From the NCBI GenBank assembly GCA_017654855.1, contig CM030332.1, positions 372,001-436,000 on the forward strand: a stretch of 64,000 bases of DNA, read 5' to 3'. Of this stretch, positions 61,813-64,000 are shown piece after piece. Source of the stretch: Podospora anserina. Lineage: Eukaryota. Position 1 is the first letter of the stretch; each line of letters starts with the position of its first letter. Under the pieces are notes generated by a model. That model saw only the letters and a program-made list of their open reading frames with translations, searched no databases and had not been told where the DNA came from. A program made the position numbers and the translations under genes.

Positions 61813-62910
61813 TTAGAGACGGTAGAATCTCTGCCCGTTTCTCATCGACCTCTTTCCAATGCGGCCTCTGCCATTGTCAGAGTCGCTGTCAGAGTCCTCG
61901 CCATCAGTGTCAGAGTCGATGCCGTCAGTGTCGGAGTCGGTGTCGTTTCCATTGTTCTTTCCCTTTCCCTTTCCCTTGCCCTTACCCTTGCCCTCGGGTG
62001 CCTGACGCGCAAGAACAACAGCGGCATTACCCTTGCCCTTGCCCTTGCCCTTGCCAACTTGAAGCTGTTGGGCACCGGCACCAACGAGTCTGAGAAGGTC
62101 ATTGATAGCACCATTAGCATTGCCCTTGCCCTTGCCCTGAGCCTGACCAACAAGTAAGCCCAAAAGCTGGTTGAGCTGGCCTCTGTTGACGTTTTGGCCC
62201 TGGCCCTGGAGCTGACCAGTGACAAGCTGGAGGAGCTGGTTGAGCTGAGCGTTACCGTTGCCGTTGCCGTTGCCTCTGAGGACCTGGCCGAGGAGCAGCT
62301 CCAGGATGTCATCGACGTCATCGATATCAAGCTCGTCGTCGGAGTCATCGACCCGCACGACACGGTTGACTCTGCCGCCGCCAATCAAGTTGAGAAGTCC
62401 GCCAAGGTTCAGGTTGTTGTTGCCGGCGCCGAGGTTGAGGCCATTCCCTCCGATTCCGATGAGCCTCAAGAGATCGTTGATGTTGGCATTGCCTCCTCCA
62501 ATAAGCTGGAGCAGATCCTGAAGACGGATGTTGCTGTTATTCTTGCCCTTGCCTCTGTTGTTGTTATTGTTGTTGTTCTTCTTTCCCCTCGCAGGCTCGG
62601 TGCCGTTGACGATAACAACAGGCGTGGCTGTAGCGGTTGCCTCGGTGATGGTGGAGATGATCTCCTCGATCTCCTCGGTTGCGGTAGGAGTCTCGGTTAC
62701 TACCACCTCTGTTTCCTCAACAGCTGTGGTCTCGGCGACGGTCTCGGCGGCGGTCGTCTCGGCCACCGCGGTCTCGGTGACCACCACAGCCTCGGATGTG
62801 ACAGTTACAACAACAGCACCATCCTGAGGAGCAGGGACAGCCTGAACTGCTTGACCGAACAAAAGAGTGGATGCCAGAACGGCGTGTCTCCAGGACAATG
62901 TGATGGCCAT
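61813..62910 (-). CDS. Secreted low-complexity protein with Thr/Glu, Asn/Gly/Leu/Gln and GK repeats
   Basis: ATG at 62910 gives signal peptide MAITLSWRHAVLASTLLFGQAVQA. Strongly biased codon usage. Confidence 0.8.
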   Translation of the reverse strand: MAITLSWRHAVLASTLLFGQAVQAVPAPQDGAVVVTVTSEAVVVTETAVAETTAAETVAETTAVEETEVVVTETPTATEEIEEIISTITEATATATPVVIVNGTEPARGKKNNNNNNNRGKGKNNSNIRLQDLLQLIGGGNANINDLLRLIGIGGNGLNLGAGNNNLNLGGLLNLIGGGRVNRVVRVDDSDDELDIDDVDDILELLLGQVLRGNGNGNGNAQLNQLLQLVTGQLQGQGQNVNRGQLNQLLGLLVGQAQGKGKGNANGAINDLLRLVGAGAQQLQVGKGKGKGKGNAAVVLARQAPEGKGKGKGKGKGKNNGNDTDSDTDGIDSDTDGEDSDSDSDNGRGRIGKRSMRNGQRFYRL

Positions 62911-64000
62911 TTCGTCTGATTTTGTGGCTTTGTCGTTAGGAAACAAAAAAAGGAACGTTGTCGTAAGTAATGATGCAGAATCAAAAGGATTGTCGTTAAA
63001 AGAAAGAAAAAAAGGGATCAACCCTGGTGACGTTGAAAGAAAGGAGGGAAAGGGCGAAGAAAGGAAGAAACAGCAAAGTCGAGTATCGAACTGACGACCA
63101 AAAGGAGAAAAGGGCTCTGGAAAAAAGGTGGGATGAACCTCCCCTTTTAAAGAGGCACAATTGGGACGAAGCGTCTGTTCTCCTACGAGACACCATCGCG
63201 TTGGATTTGACACATCCTGGCTCGATGTTACCTTGCACTTCGAACCTTCATGCTTAGTCCCATCTCCTGTTTGGAAAAATCTCCTAGGCTCGAGCCAGGG
63301 TGCCAAAACATCGTCAACAGCGGCAGCTGGCGCGCTTCAACGAACCCGGAAGTTGGTAGGTTCCCAAAAGTGCACTGGCAGTCTGAAACCCCACGTCGAT
63401 CAGTCGTCTCGAACCCTGGGATGTGCCGTCCTCGCGCTAGCTTCATCAGAAGTGTGGTGCGGCTCTTCAGTCGCTCGAGGTTGCATTGAGCGGCAGCCAT
63501 TGGGTCTTCGGTTGCCCCTGTGGGGATCGTAGCGTGCCCTTGGGGTTTGGTGCCAAGATCTTGGGAACCTGGAGAAAGTGTTTCAGCTCTCCGTCTCAGA
63601 CGAAGTAACCTGTCACTGCGATTTGGTGGACAAAAGGAGAAAGTCGCCTACACTACCTCAACGAAGCCATTGCCGATGGTAATACAGCAAGGTTCTTCAA
63701 GCAAGAAAAACCAATGTCGAGTTTTGAGTTTGTTGTTTCCTGCTGGCTCCATCCCCTGCGTGTTTGAAGCTTTCTTTAGACCAAGGGCCAGGCGCACCAA
63801 TCAGAGACGAGGAGTTGACCAGAAATATGTCAACACAACCATTCCATCAACCGTCGTCTGGCCTGACTTCAAGGAGGTGGGAGATAATAATAGAACCTCA
63901 GACCAGACGAAATCATGCATAGATGATCTTCTAAGCGGCCGATCAGATGGATAAGCCCTTGGGGTTGTCGGTTACTGTGTCGATGCAGACTGGCCTAACC

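Noticed and set aside
62911-63306. N-terminal extension of ORF 61813-63306
   Set aside because: Pyrimidine-rich 5' UTR-like sequence; the signal peptide starts at ATG 62910.
16224-64000. Autonomous Starship element or Spok meiotic-drive gene
   Set aside because: No DUF3435 tyrosine recombinase or Spok-like ORF is recognisable in the window.

Overview
Filamentous ascomycete genomic DNA. Spliceosomal GT..CTRAC..YAG introns and heavy RIP-type C>T/G>A decay suggest a Sordariomycete, possibly Podospora-like; the species is an inference only. Bases 1-15.7 kb are an AT-rich, RIP-inactivated retrotransposon nest. A Ty1/Copia element was hit twice by one Ty3/Gypsy family: a complete 11.9 kb copy at 1516-13402 (366-bp LTRs, 4-bp CTAT TSD, tRNA-Gln-type PBS) and the 3' end of a second copy at 1-872. 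From 16.2 to 36 kb lies an accessory, immunity-flavoured cluster: a CCCH-RBR E3 ligase, an FHA-kinase pseudogene, GH43, an HD hydrolase, two HET-domain genes around a dienelactone hydrolase, and an ASCH/PUA gene head-to-head with a NACHT NLR-like gene that lacks sensor repeats. Further right are a VAO-type oxidase, a BVMO, a multi-SnoaL secreted protein, three tandem GPI-type paralogues plus a relic, a kinase-like relic and a secreted low-complexity protein. The most unexplained structure is a pair of related ~21-bp-period arrays in inverted orientation (39.48-39.63 kb and 53.52-53.75 kb). They end in an 11-bp perfect inverted repeat and bracket ~14 kb of accessory genes, possibly as the ends of an undescribed cargo-carrying element.
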